A DNA stretch of 61,534 bases, from NCBI GenBank assembly GCA_964615635.1, contig CAZTQK010000001.1, positions 22,790 through 84,323 of the forward strand, in the 5' to 3' direction. Positions 52,103-60,565 of the stretch are shown one piece after another (position 1 is the first letter of the stretch; each line of letters starts with the position of its first letter). Position numbers and translations under genes: made by a program. A model generated the notes under the pieces. The model was not told the origin of the DNA. It did not search any database and worked only from the letters and a program-made list of their open reading frames with translations. The stretch comes from an uncultured Planctomycetales bacterium (GTDB lineage Bacteria; Planctomycetota; Phycisphaerae; UBA1845; PWPN01).

Positions 52103-55100
52103 TCAGCTCGGACCGTACTCCCAGCAGTACGGGGCCGGGCCGGAGCGGAAGAGAAAGGCGATCAGGTAGGCCAGGTCGGAGATTCGCACCGCCCCGTCGT
52201 TGTTGACGTCGGCCGCGTCTATCTCCGGCGGAGGCGGGCCGCCCCGGAACAGATAGGCGACTAGGTAGGTCACGTCGGCCACGCCCGGGTTCCCGACCCC
52301 GTCGCCGTTCGCGTCTCCGCAGACATAGCCCAGCACGAACGGCATGAACTGCACCCAACCCTTGGAGGGATCATCGACCTGGTCCCAGATGAGCGCCGCG
52401 ACCCCCGCGGAATCGTCGTCCCCCCAGGCGTTCTCGCGGGCGTAGATCGTCTGCGCGCCGTCGTTGTACAGCGCGAACGTGCCGTTCCGCGACAGGTTGC
52501 AGCCCGCTCCGGCGACCGAACCGATGACCGGCTTGGCGTCATTGGCGCAATACACACCGCACTGGGCGTTGCCGCTGATCAGACTGCTGGCCAGGTAGGG
52601 CGTCCCGCCGCTGACGGAGACGCCGTGCACGGCGTTGTCCGTGATCCGGGAGCGGAGCACCCGCGACACGCTGTTGGTCAGCGTCAGCCCGGACTCGGTG
52701 CAGCTGTCGATCGTGCAGTCCGTGATCATCGGCGAGGCGTCCGCGACATAGAGACTGCGCGCCGAACGGTAGATGCAGTTTTTCAGATACGACGCCGAGT
52801 CGATCGTCTGGTCGCTGAAGCGGAGGCCGGCCCACGAGGCGGTGTTGGTGTCGCGGGTCAGGACAATCGGCTCGCCGCCCAGGGCGTCGGCCTTCAACCC
52901 GCCCGCGGCGGTGTACCCGACGCGCAGCCCGAACGAGGCGGAGGGAAATTCCAGGCGAAGGCCGGGGGAGAGGGTCAGCACCGGAGTGCCGGCTCCCTGC
53001 ACGTAGACGATCCCCGAGGTCCCGGCGAGGTAGCGCCGGACATTGGGGAAGGCCCGCCAGACGGCGGACTCGCCCACGATCCCGCCCTGCACGGCGATCG
53101 TCTGGTCCGGGCTTGAGAAAAGGTTGTCGGCGGCGATCCGGCCCACGCTGTTGGGTTCCAGCCAGAGCGCGTGGCCGCCGTTGAAGCCGATCGTGTTGCC
53201 CGCAAACACCTCCAGCGGCCCGCCCACTACGCCGTTCTCGGCGTTGCCCGTGATCGCGCAGCCGGAAATACCCGGTGGCAGCCCGCTGATCGTGATGCCG
53301 TCGCCGCCGTTATCGGCGATCGTGCAGCCGGTCAGTTGCGCCTGGCTGTTGACGAGCGCCAGCCCGTCGCCGAGACAGCTGTCGATCCGGCAACTGTCCA
53401 GGACCGGGGAGGCGTCGGTGCAGGCGACGGTCTGGGCGCGCCGGATGACCGTGTGCCCGAGGCGGCACAGCGAGTCGACAGCCGAGGCGCCGAAGGCCAA
53501 CCCGCCCCAGGAGGCGGCCGGACCCGCCGGTACCAGCAGCACCGGCAGTTCCTCTGTCCCCTCGGCGATGAGCCCGCCGGGGGCCGCCGCGCCGACAATC
53601 AGCCCGTAGGAGGGGTGTCCGAACTCCAGCCGCACCCCCGCCGCCAGCGTCAGCACCGGCGTCGCCGCCCCCTGCACGTTGACGGCCGCCGTGCTCGCCA
53701 CCACATACCGCTCAATTCCCGGGTGCGCCCGCCACGTGCCCGAGGCCGACACCGTGCCGGGGAGCACGTAAATCGTGGGGTCGCCGTTTCCGGCGAGGCT
53801 GTTGGTGGCGTCGACGCGGCCGGCCGAGGTCGGGCCGACAGCCAGCGGGGCGGCAGCATTGCCCGACACGACATTCCCCGAAAACGCCGTGAGCATGGTC
53901 CCGTAGACGCCGTAACTGCCGTTGCCGGAGATCTCGCAGCCGGTGACCGGGACCTGCGAGGAGCTCAGGCGAATACCGACGCCGCTGTTATCGGCAATCA
54001 CGCAATTGCCGATGACCGATTGCGAGCCGATGAGCGAGAGACCGTCTCCCGCACAACTGTCGATCCGGCAGCTGTCGAACACGGGGGAGGAGAAGTTGCA
54101 GACGATCCCCTGGCTGCGGCGGACGAGGCAGTTGCGCAGCAGGCATTCCTCGTCGCGGGCGTTGCTCTCGAAGCGGATCCCCCGCCACTGCGCGATCGAG
54201 GCGTGCGGGACGAAGCTGATCGGGTTGGTCGACGGGGCATCGGCGATCAGCGTGCCGGGGTTCCCCAGACCGACCGAGAGAGTCCCGGTCGCGACCGCGA
54301 ATTCGAGGCGCACACCCGGGTCGAGCACGAGGGTCGGCGCGAGCGGACCGGCGACCGAGAGGTCGCCGCCGCCGAGGATCACGAATGTTGAAATGCCGCT
54401 CAGCGGTTTCCAGACCGCCGAATCGCCGACCGTGCCGCCGAGAACGCCGAATGCCTGAATCGCGTTGACCATGAACTGGTTGCCTGCGGCGAGGCGACCG
54501 ATCGAGGCCGCCCCCAGCACCAGCGGGTAGCTCCCGTTGCGCCGCAGCGTGTTGCCCGTAAAAACCGCTGCGTTCTCGCCATAGATCCCGGACCCGCCGT
54601 TGTCCGAAAGCGTGCACATCGTCACCGTCGCCAGCGATCCGGTCAGCCGGATGCCGTGCGAGGAGTTGTACAGAATGTCGCACTGCCCGATGATCGCCTG
54701 CGAGGCGGCCAGGTCGATGCCGATCGTGCTGCTGTCGATTGTGCAGTCGTGAATTGTCGGCGACGCGCCGGTGCACAGAACGCCGGCGGCGCCCCCCCGC
54801 CGCACTGTCACCCCCTCCAGGTGCGCCGAGGTGTCTTCACCCGTTTCGAAACGGACCGCCGCGTTGACGCTGTCGCCGTAGATGATCGTGGCCTCCCGGC
54901 CGCCCGAGGACCGCACGACAATGCTCCGCCCGATGAACGAGATGTTCTCGTGGTATGTGCCGGGGGCGATGAGCACCGTGTCGCCGGGGAGCGTCCCGAG
55001 AATAGCCGCCTGGATCGTGGCCGAGTCGGCCGGAACGTTGATCGTGGCGGCCGCCGCCGGCCGCGGAATCGTGGCGATCAGCACCAGGCAAACCAGGAGG

Positions 55101-55168
55101 GCTTGGAGAACGCGGAAGGGGGCCACGGGGGCTGACGGTTTCGCCAAATACATGAACGGCTCCTGCAA
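52103..55168 (-). CDS. Giant secreted right-handed beta-helix repeat protein with a C-terminal dockerin-like module
   Basis: Signal peptide. Four ~225-aa modules, each containing a D(C/S)-x-IDS(C/S) motif. The C-terminus CGDANGDGV...ADVNNDGAVRISDLAYLIAFLF forms two dockerin-type Ca-binding segments. Confidence 0.85.
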   Translation of the reverse strand: MQEPFMYLAKPSAPVAPFRVLQALLVCLVLIATIPRPAAAATINVPADSATIQAAILGTLPGDTVLIAPGTYHENISFIGRSIVVRSSGGREATIIYGDSVNAAVRFETGEDTSAHLEGVTVRRGGAAGVLCTGASPTIHDCTIDSSTIGIDLAASQAIIGQCDILYNSSHGIRLTGSLATVTMCTLSDNGGSGIYGENAAVFTGNTLRRNGSYPLVLGAASIGRLAAGNQFMVNAIQAFGVLGGTVGDSAVWKPLSGISTFVILGGGDLSVAGPLAPTLVLDPGVRLEFAVATGTLSVGLGNPGTLIADAPSTNPISFVPHASIAQWRGIRFESNARDEECLLRNCLVRRSQGIVCNFSSPVFDSCRIDSCAGDGLSLIGSQSVIGNCVIADNSGVGIRLSSSQVPVTGCEISGNGSYGVYGTMLTAFSGNVVSGNAAAPLAVGPTSAGRVDATNSLAGNGDPTIYVLPGTVSASGTWRAHPGIERYVVASTAAVNVQGAATPVLTLAAGVRLEFGHPSYGLIVGAAAPGGLIAEGTEELPVLLVPAGPAASWGGLAFGASAVDSLCRLGHTVIRRAQTVACTDASPVLDSCRIDSCLGDGLALVNSQAQLTGCTIADNGGDGITISGLPPGISGCAITGNAENGVVGGPLEVFAGNTIGFNGGHALWLEPNSVGRIAADNLFSSPDQTIAVQGGIVGESAVWRAFPNVRRYLAGTSGIVYVQGAGTPVLTLSPGLRLEFPSASFGLRVGYTAAGGLKADALGGEPIVLTRDTNTASWAGLRFSDQTIDSASYLKNCIYRSARSLYVADASPMITDCTIDSCTESGLTLTNSVSRVLRSRITDNAVHGVSVSGGTPYLASSLISGNAQCGVYCANDAKPVIGSVAGAGCNLSRNGTFALYNDGAQTIYARENAWGDDDSAGVAALIWDQVDDPSKGWVQFMPFVLGYVCGDANGDGVGNPGVADVTYLVAYLFRGGPPPPEIDAADVNNDGAVRISDLAYLIAFLFRSGPAPYCWEYGPS

Positions 55169-55278
55169 CAGATCCTGTAATCGCTTGATCGGCGGATATC
55201 GCAGTACGCCTTAAATATAGTGGGCGGGCACGGATATGCCAAGCGGGAAGTCGGCGCCCGGAGCCGGTTTTCCCCTCC

Positions 55279-56100
55279 CTAGGGCAGCCGCACCGTGCGC
55301 CCGGTCGCCACCGCAAGACCGTCCCGGGCCAGCCCCTCGGCGGCCGCCCGCACCTCGGCCATCGACCGCCCCAGGTCGCGGGCAAGCGTGCCCAGGCTGA
55401 CTCGGGATCGGCGGGTGAGACGCCGGATGATCTCCCCGCGAATCTGCCGGATCGAGCCTTCGAACCGCGGCTGGCGGCGCACCCGCAAGCGCCGGCTCTC
55501 CCGGGGCGGGAGGCCGAGGCGCGCGTAGTCCATGAGGGCCGCGTGCCACGCCCGAATACCCGTGCGCGGGAGCACGAGCTCGGCGATCCGCTGGATCTCG
55601 GCCGGCCGCGCATCCGCCGCGAGCCCGAACCGGTGGAGCAGCACCTTCCGGACATTCGTGTCGACTGCCGCCACCCGCCGGCCGAAAGCGAACGCCGCAA
55701 CCGCGTTCGCGGTGTAGGGTCCGATTCCGGGAAGGCGGCGCAATACCGCCGGGTCGGAGGGAAGCTCCCCGCCGTACTCGCCGACAACCGTCTGCGCGAG
55801 CTTCTGCAGGTACAGCGCCCGCCGATTGTACCCGAGCCCCGACCAGGCGGCGAGGACGGCGCGGATGGGGGCCGCCGCCACCGTTTGCCAGTCGGGAAAG
55901 CGCCGGAGCCAGGCCTCGTAGTACGGCGTCACGCGCTCGACCGTCGTCTGCTGGAGCATGATCTCCGCGACCGTGATCGCGTATGGATCATTCGTCTCGC
56001 GAAACGGCAGATGCCGTCCGTGGCGGCGGTAGAAGGCCCGGATGTCGCGCCGAAAGGCGGCGATGTGCGCCGCGGAGAGATCGGAGTGCCTGCCGGTCAT
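55279..56100 (-). CDS. HhH-GPD base-excision glycosylase (MutY/Nth family) with a C-terminal wHTH-like tail
   Basis: EIMLQQTTVERV, GLGYNRRA, LPGIGPYTANAV, AVDTNVRKVL. I did not see the Fe-S Cys cluster. Confidence 0.75.
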   Translation of the reverse strand: MTGRHSDLSAAHIAAFRRDIRAFYRRHGRHLPFRETNDPYAITVAEIMLQQTTVERVTPYYEAWLRRFPDWQTVAAAPIRAVLAAWSGLGYNRRALYLQKLAQTVVGEYGGELPSDPAVLRRLPGIGPYTANAVAAFAFGRRVAAVDTNVRKVLLHRFGLAADARPAEIQRIAELVLPRTGIRAWHAALMDYARLGLPPRESRRLRVRRQPRFEGSIRQIRGEIIRRLTRRSRVSLGTLARDLGRSMAEVRAAAEGLARDGLAVATGRTVRLP

Positions 56101-56136
56101 TGTGATACCGTCCTCGTTGAGTGGGGATCGCGGCGC

Positions 56137-56541
56137 TCACCGGTGCGCCTGGCGGCGCTTCTCGCGCCGCTCCCGCGCCTCCCGCACTGCCTGCGCCGGG
56201 TCGATCGCCGCCGTCTCGGGTTCGAACAAGTCGGCCGTCCGCTGCGGCTCCAGGCGGTAGGCGTTGCCGGCCGGATCGCGCGCCAGGAAGCCTTCATCGA
56301 CCAGTTGCCGGCGCAGCGACACGAAGTCGATATCGATCGACCGGCCGACATCGGCCAGCCACGCCGCGATCACCGCGTTGATGTCGGGCTCGCTGTAGGT
56401 GCGCCCCGGAACCAGTTCCCGCACGATGCTCCCGAGCAGGATGAGTTGGTCGCGCCGCCGGCGGGGGAGACCCGGGTTGTTGCGCTGGGTGCAGAGGGCC
56501 TCGAGCCGCGCGCGGAATTCAACCGCCGTAATGCGGTTCAT
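56137..56541 (-). CDS. DUF2087-like small protein
   Basis: This is the last 134 codons of track ORF 56137-57777. ATG at 56541 overlaps the upstream stop (ATGA). The motif YSEPDINAVIAAWLADV...LRRQLVDEGFLARD fits DUF2087. Confidence 0.55.
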   Translation of the reverse strand: MNRITAVEFRARLEALCTQRNNPGLPRRRRDQLILLGSIVRELVPGRTYSEPDINAVIAAWLADVGRSIDIDFVSLRRQLVDEGFLARDPAGNAYRLEPQRTADLFEPETAAIDPAQAVREARERREKRRQAHR

Positions 56542-57140
56542 GCGGCCTCCGCAGGATGGCGGGATCGGGAAAACCGCCGCACCGCCGCCGCCGCCAGCAC
56601 GCCCAGCAGGAGGACAACGGAGAGCGTGGTGAGACACGACTTGGCGATGGTGAACCCGCTGCTCCACCGCACCAGGCCGGGGGAGAAGTCCGGATAGGAG
56701 GCGAGCATGGCGATGATCGCGGCGTTCTCCGCGTAGTCGAAAAGGCCCGCCAGGAGCGGCATCGCCGCCGCCCCGAGGGCCCATGTCCGCCGCGGCGAAA
56801 CCCGCCACATCAGGTAGAGGAGAAGCCACGCGAAAGTCACTCCGAACAGAAACGGGTAGAGCAGGTCGACCGGGATCTGCTCGGTAAGGTAGGCGCGGCG
56901 GCCCGCCTCCCCCAGTCGCTCGAACAACTGCGCGGCGTACGCCGGGCTGTACCCGACCGGCATCAGGTCGAGAATCTGCATCCCTCCGGCCCGGGCCGAA
57001 ACCGCCGGGATGGAGACGAAAATCATGTGGCCATAGACCGCCAGCGTCAGCACGATAAGCGCCAGCAGGACCTTGCCCCGGCGGCGCCCTGTGGCCATGG
57101 ACTCCCAGAACTTCATCATACCTGCAACTCGCGCGGCCAT
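56538..57140 (-). CDS. Membrane protein, unknown function (start uncertain: 57140 or 57119)
   Basis: Hydrophobic helices (VLLALIVLTLAVYGHMIFV, LLYPFLFGVTFAWLLLYLMW and others). Confidence 0.55.
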   Translation of the reverse strand: MAARVAGMMKFWESMATGRRRGKVLLALIVLTLAVYGHMIFVSIPAVSARAGGMQILDLMPVGYSPAYAAQLFERLGEAGRRAYLTEQIPVDLLYPFLFGVTFAWLLLYLMWRVSPRRTWALGAAAMPLLAGLFDYAENAAIIAMLASYPDFSPGLVRWSSGFTIAKSCLTTLSVVLLLGVLAAAAVRRFSRSRHPAEAA

Positions 57141-57243
57141 CGGACAGGAGTATAGACATCGGCGCCGCGCCGCGCCACCGGCTTTTGGGCGGACGGCGAA
57201 AACATCTTTCTCCTTGAGCCGGTTCGCGTGTATACATATATAG

Positions 57244-57882
57244 TTGCTTATGAAGATGACTCGGGCAATTCCGGCCGGGTGCCTCGCGGCGCTCCTGCTG
57301 GGCGCGGCGGCCTCCGCGCAGACCATTGAGGGGCTTCAGGTTCCACCGGCCGACTCGGCCGAGGCCGAACGCCTCCGCATCTGGGCGGCCGCCGAAGGCA
57401 CCTCCCGCTGCCGCATGATCGTCGAGGTCGTCGACTCCGCCAATCGGGTCGTCCGCCGCCTCGTCGACTTCCTCGCCGCCCCCGGCTACTACAACTTCTA
57501 CTGGGACAAACGCGACGACTCCGGCCTCCGCGTGCCCGAGGGCAAATACCGCGGCCGCGTCGACTACTGCGGCGCGCTCAGCTGGGAAAATCTCACGGCC
57601 CGCTACTCCCTGTGGGAACTGCAGAGCGACCTCACCCCCTTCGATCCCGACAACCCCTTCCGCATCGGCGTGGTCCTCACGGCCGATGGCGCACCGGTGG
57701 CGGCCGAGATCCTCAACCGGCGCGACGTGCACTTCGATGTCATGCTCCCGGACACGGTGCTCGACATCGGCACCCACTGGATACCCTATCGGCCGCCCGA
57801 GCGCATGCCGCGCGGCAATTACACCATCCGGATCAAAGTCGGCGACTACGAGTACCGCCGGGAGGTCACCTACCTGCCATGA
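57244..57882 (+). CDS. Secreted protein with FlgD-Ig-like beta-sandwich domains
   Basis: Signal peptide ...GAAASAQT. GYYNFYWDKRDDSGLRVPEGKYRGRV is a FlgD-Ig-type motif. Confidence 0.7.
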   Translation: MLMKMTRAIPAGCLAALLLGAAASAQTIEGLQVPPADSAEAERLRIWAAAEGTSRCRMIVEVVDSANRVVRRLVDFLAAPGYYNFYWDKRDDSGLRVPEGKYRGRVDYCGALSWENLTARYSLWELQSDLTPFDPDNPFRIGVVLTADGAPVAAEILNRRDVHFDVMLPDTVLDIGTHWIPYRPPERMPRGNYTIRIKVGDYEYRREVTYLP

Positions 57883-58355
57883 GCGTGCTCGTCCGCTGTC
57901 TCGCCGGCCTGGGGGCGGTCGTGCTGGCCGCGGCCGCGGCGCTGATCGGGTGCGCCCCGCCCCCGCCGGTGGCCGACCAGCCCACCGTCCCGCGCGGTTT
58001 CTACGACGAGGTCTGGGTGGAGCCGCGCATTGTCCACGCCGACTCCGTTTTCACCCTGATTCGAGCAGACCGGAAAGACTCGGTGTTCGTGCGCACCAAC
58101 GAAGTCGACCCCAATGCCTGGGCGCCGGCCCTCGAGTTCAAGGTCGCCCCGGACACCTGCTTCGTGTCGGTCACCCTGCACTTCCTCGAGTCCGACCGCC
58201 CCGCGCTTCCCCTTCTGGCGCGCTATCTGCCGAAGGGTTACTACAAGCTCACGGTCAACAATCCGCTCAGGTTCGGGGAGACGGTGTACCGGGGCTCATG
58301 CCTGCTCGGTGCGACCGTGTGCGGCCGCCGTCAGACGGTGCCGATCGTGCGGTGA
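57879..58355 (+). CDS. Lipoprotein, unknown function
   Basis: ATG at 57879 overlaps the previous stop (ATGA). Lipobox AALIGCAPP. Confidence 0.6.
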   Translation: MSVLVRCLAGLGAVVLAAAAALIGCAPPPPVADQPTVPRGFYDEVWVEPRIVHADSVFTLIRADRKDSVFVRTNEVDPNAWAPALEFKVAPDTCFVSVTLHFLESDRPALPLLARYLPKGYYKLTVNNPLRFGETVYRGSCLLGATVCGRRQTVPIVR

Positions 58356-58514
58356 GAGGGCATCGCGCGCTCCGTGTTGCCTTGACAGAATTGAACTTCC
58401 TAGTATCTTGCACAAGGCGGCGGAATTTCTCAGGTTCCCGCATCGTTCCTGGCCGGCATCGCACAACGCCGCCCGACGGTTTTGCCAGAGCAGCAAATCG
58501 CAAGGAGATAAGCT

Positions 58515-60236
58515 ATGTCAATTCCCCGATCCACCGCCGTGGCGGCGGCCGCGGTCGTGACTCTCGCCGCCGCCCTCATGGCCGGCGCCCCCCAGGTGAT
58601 TTCGTTCCAGGGCCGGCTCACCGATGACCTCGGCATCCCGGTAGCGGACGGTCCGGCGGACGTGCGCATCATTATCTGGAACGACCCGACCGCCGCCCTG
58701 CCCGAAAACGAAGTCTGGAATTCGGGGGTGGTGACCGTCACTACTGTCGGCGGCCTCTTCTCCCTCAACCTCGGCGTTTCCCCGATGCCCGCGCTCACTC
58801 CGGACCTCTTCGCCGATACCAACCTCTGGGTCGGGCTCTCGATCGAGGGTCAGGCGGAGGGACAACCGCGGATCAGACTCGGCTCGGCGGCTTTCGCTTT
58901 CCGCGCCGTGCGCGCCGACACCGCCGCGTACGCCCTGGCCTCGCCGGGCGGGACCTCCGACCACGGCAGCCTCACCGGACTGCTCGACGATGACCACCCC
59001 CAGTACGTACGGGTCGACGGCAGCCGCGCGCTGATCGGCGATTTGTATATGTCGGGGCGCCTGATCCGGAACCTGGCCCCAGGACAGCTCGCCTCCGATG
59101 CCATCCGCTATGACCAGGCGATGAAGCTGGGCGATCCCGCCGGGGGCGACCTGGCCGGCACCTATCCCGATCCGCAACTGGCGGCCAACTCGGTGGGCCT
59201 GGCGGAACTGGCCGCCGGCTCGGTGAACTCCGAGAAAGTGCTCGACAACACCCTCAGCGCGCTCGACCTGGCCAACGGCTCGGTGCAGACCGCCGAGATC
59301 GCCGACGGCACCATTGTCGACGCCGACATCTCGCCGACCGCTGCGATCGCGGTCGACAAAGTGGCCGGGACGGCCGCGAGCCTCTCCGGCGCCCAGACAG
59401 TCACGGGCGCCAAGACGTTTGTCGGAGGCGTCAAAATCGGCAGCGCCGGCGCCCCCTCCGCCTCCGCGGCTCTCGAAGTGAGCAAGGAATTTCTGAGTCC
59501 CGGCCTCGTCTACGGTCTGAGTCTCGGGGCCGCCAACAACGGCGCGGGTTCGGTCCACAGCCTGTATGCCGCCGCCTCCGGGCCGGTCGCGCATTCGGGC
59601 TACCGGACCGGGGTCTATGCCCTGGCCGGGGCGGCCGACGCCACCGCCGGCTATTCGCGCGGCCTCGCCGCTTTCGGCCTCGGCGGCGAAACCGCCTACG
59701 GCGTCTATGCCTACGCCTCCGCCGGCGCCACCAACTGGGCGGGGTACTTCGACGGCGACGTCGCCGTCACCGGCACCCTCTCCAAAGCTGCCGGGTCGTT
59801 CCGCATCGACCACCCGCTCGATCCGGAAAACAGGTACCTCCAGCATTCCTTCGTCGAGTCCCCCGATATGAAGAACATCTACGACGGGGTGGTGACGACC
59901 GATGCCGCGGGCTACGCCGTTGTGACGCTGCCCGACTACTTCGAGGCCCTCAACCGGGATTTCCGCTACCAGCTCACCGTGATCGGGGACTTCGCCCAGG
60001 CGATCATCGCCGAAAAAGTCGCCGGCGGACGGTTCGTCATCAGGACCGACAAGCCCAACATCGAGGTCTCATGGCAGGTGACCGGGATCCGGCACGATCC
60101 CTATGCGGAGACCCACCGCATCGCGGTCGAGCTTGACAAACCGGCGCGGGAGCGCGGCCGCTACCAGAACCCCGAGGCCTACGGATTAGGGTCGGACCGG
60201 TCGATCAACCGCGCCGAGCGGACGGTGCAGGAGTAG
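58515..60236 (+). CDS. Secreted tail-fibre-like protein
   Basis: AAGGAG RBS and a signal peptide. DHGSLTGLLDDDHPQY motif, as seen in phage tail-fibre-like proteins. Repeated segments of the type ANSVGLAELAAGSV / LDLANGSVQTAEIADGTI. Confidence 0.7.
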   Translation: MSIPRSTAVAAAAVVTLAAALMAGAPQVISFQGRLTDDLGIPVADGPADVRIIIWNDPTAALPENEVWNSGVVTVTTVGGLFSLNLGVSPMPALTPDLFADTNLWVGLSIEGQAEGQPRIRLGSAAFAFRAVRADTAAYALASPGGTSDHGSLTGLLDDDHPQYVRVDGSRALIGDLYMSGRLIRNLAPGQLASDAIRYDQAMKLGDPAGGDLAGTYPDPQLAANSVGLAELAAGSVNSEKVLDNTLSALDLANGSVQTAEIADGTIVDADISPTAAIAVDKVAGTAASLSGAQTVTGAKTFVGGVKIGSAGAPSASAALEVSKEFLSPGLVYGLSLGAANNGAGSVHSLYAAASGPVAHSGYRTGVYALAGAADATAGYSRGLAAFGLGGETAYGVYAYASAGATNWAGYFDGDVAVTGTLSKAAGSFRIDHPLDPENRYLQHSFVESPDMKNIYDGVVTTDAAGYAVVTLPDYFEALNRDFRYQLTVIGDFAQAIIAEKVAGGRFVIRTDKPNIEVSWQVTGIRHDPYAETHRIAVELDKPARERGRYQNPEAYGLGSDRSINRAERTVQE

Positions 60237-60473
60237 CCGCGAGACTGAAAAAAAAGCGATTGACAAAAACAAAAAAAGGCGTTACTTGGCGAAACAAAGG
60301 GGACGGAGACGCCGTCCTAATGCTGTGATGAATTGTTGACCGCTGCATAGTGATAGACTCAGGAGGATTCCGTGATCCAGCTTAAGGTCTACATCTCGGC
60401 TGCCATGCCGAACGGGAAGAAATGCGGCGGGAGGAGTGTGTCTGTTTAGGCCGCTCCCACGAGAGAATTTTCC

Positions 60474-60510
60474 CCCGCCGCACCGAGACAGGGTCCGGCG
60501 GGTTTTTTTT
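60474..60510 (+). terminator. Intrinsic terminator/attenuator upstream of the ABC exporter gene
   Basis: CCCGCCG...CGGCGGG stem followed by T8. Confidence 0.5.
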
Positions 60511-60565
60511 CGCCGGATCGGCCGCGGCTCCGCCGCACCAATCGAGACTGTGAACGAGGCCGACA

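Noticed and set aside
52625-54776. Several 150-400 aa ORFs on both strands inside the beta-helix gene (for example 53171-54391 +, 53988-54776 -)
   Set aside because: These are shadow ORFs in GC-rich repetitive DNA. The 1021-aa frame has a coherent beta-helix repeat pattern.
54837-56697. ORFs 54837-55787 (-, 316 aa) and 55543-56697 (+, 384 aa)
   Set aside because: They overlap the MutY-like and DUF2087-like frames. Their composition is Arg/Pro/Gly-biased with no motifs.
56542-57777. The N-terminal ~410 aa of the 546-aa ORF 56137-57777 (-)
   Set aside because: It is Gly/Arg/Ala/Pro-rich and antisense to the well-formed secreted protein at 57244-57882. It also overlaps the membrane protein frame at 56538-57140. 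Only the last 134 codons look genuine.
57686-59846. ORFs 57686-58627 (+, 313 aa) and 58518-59846 (-, 442 aa)
   Set aside because: These are shadow ORFs of the lipoprotein and tail-fibre-like genes, with extreme Arg/Gly/Pro content.
60262-60295. TTGACA hexamer in the A-rich spacer as a promoter for the leader region
   Set aside because: No acceptable -10 element (TAnnnT) lies at 16-18 nt spacing, so I did not call it as a feature.
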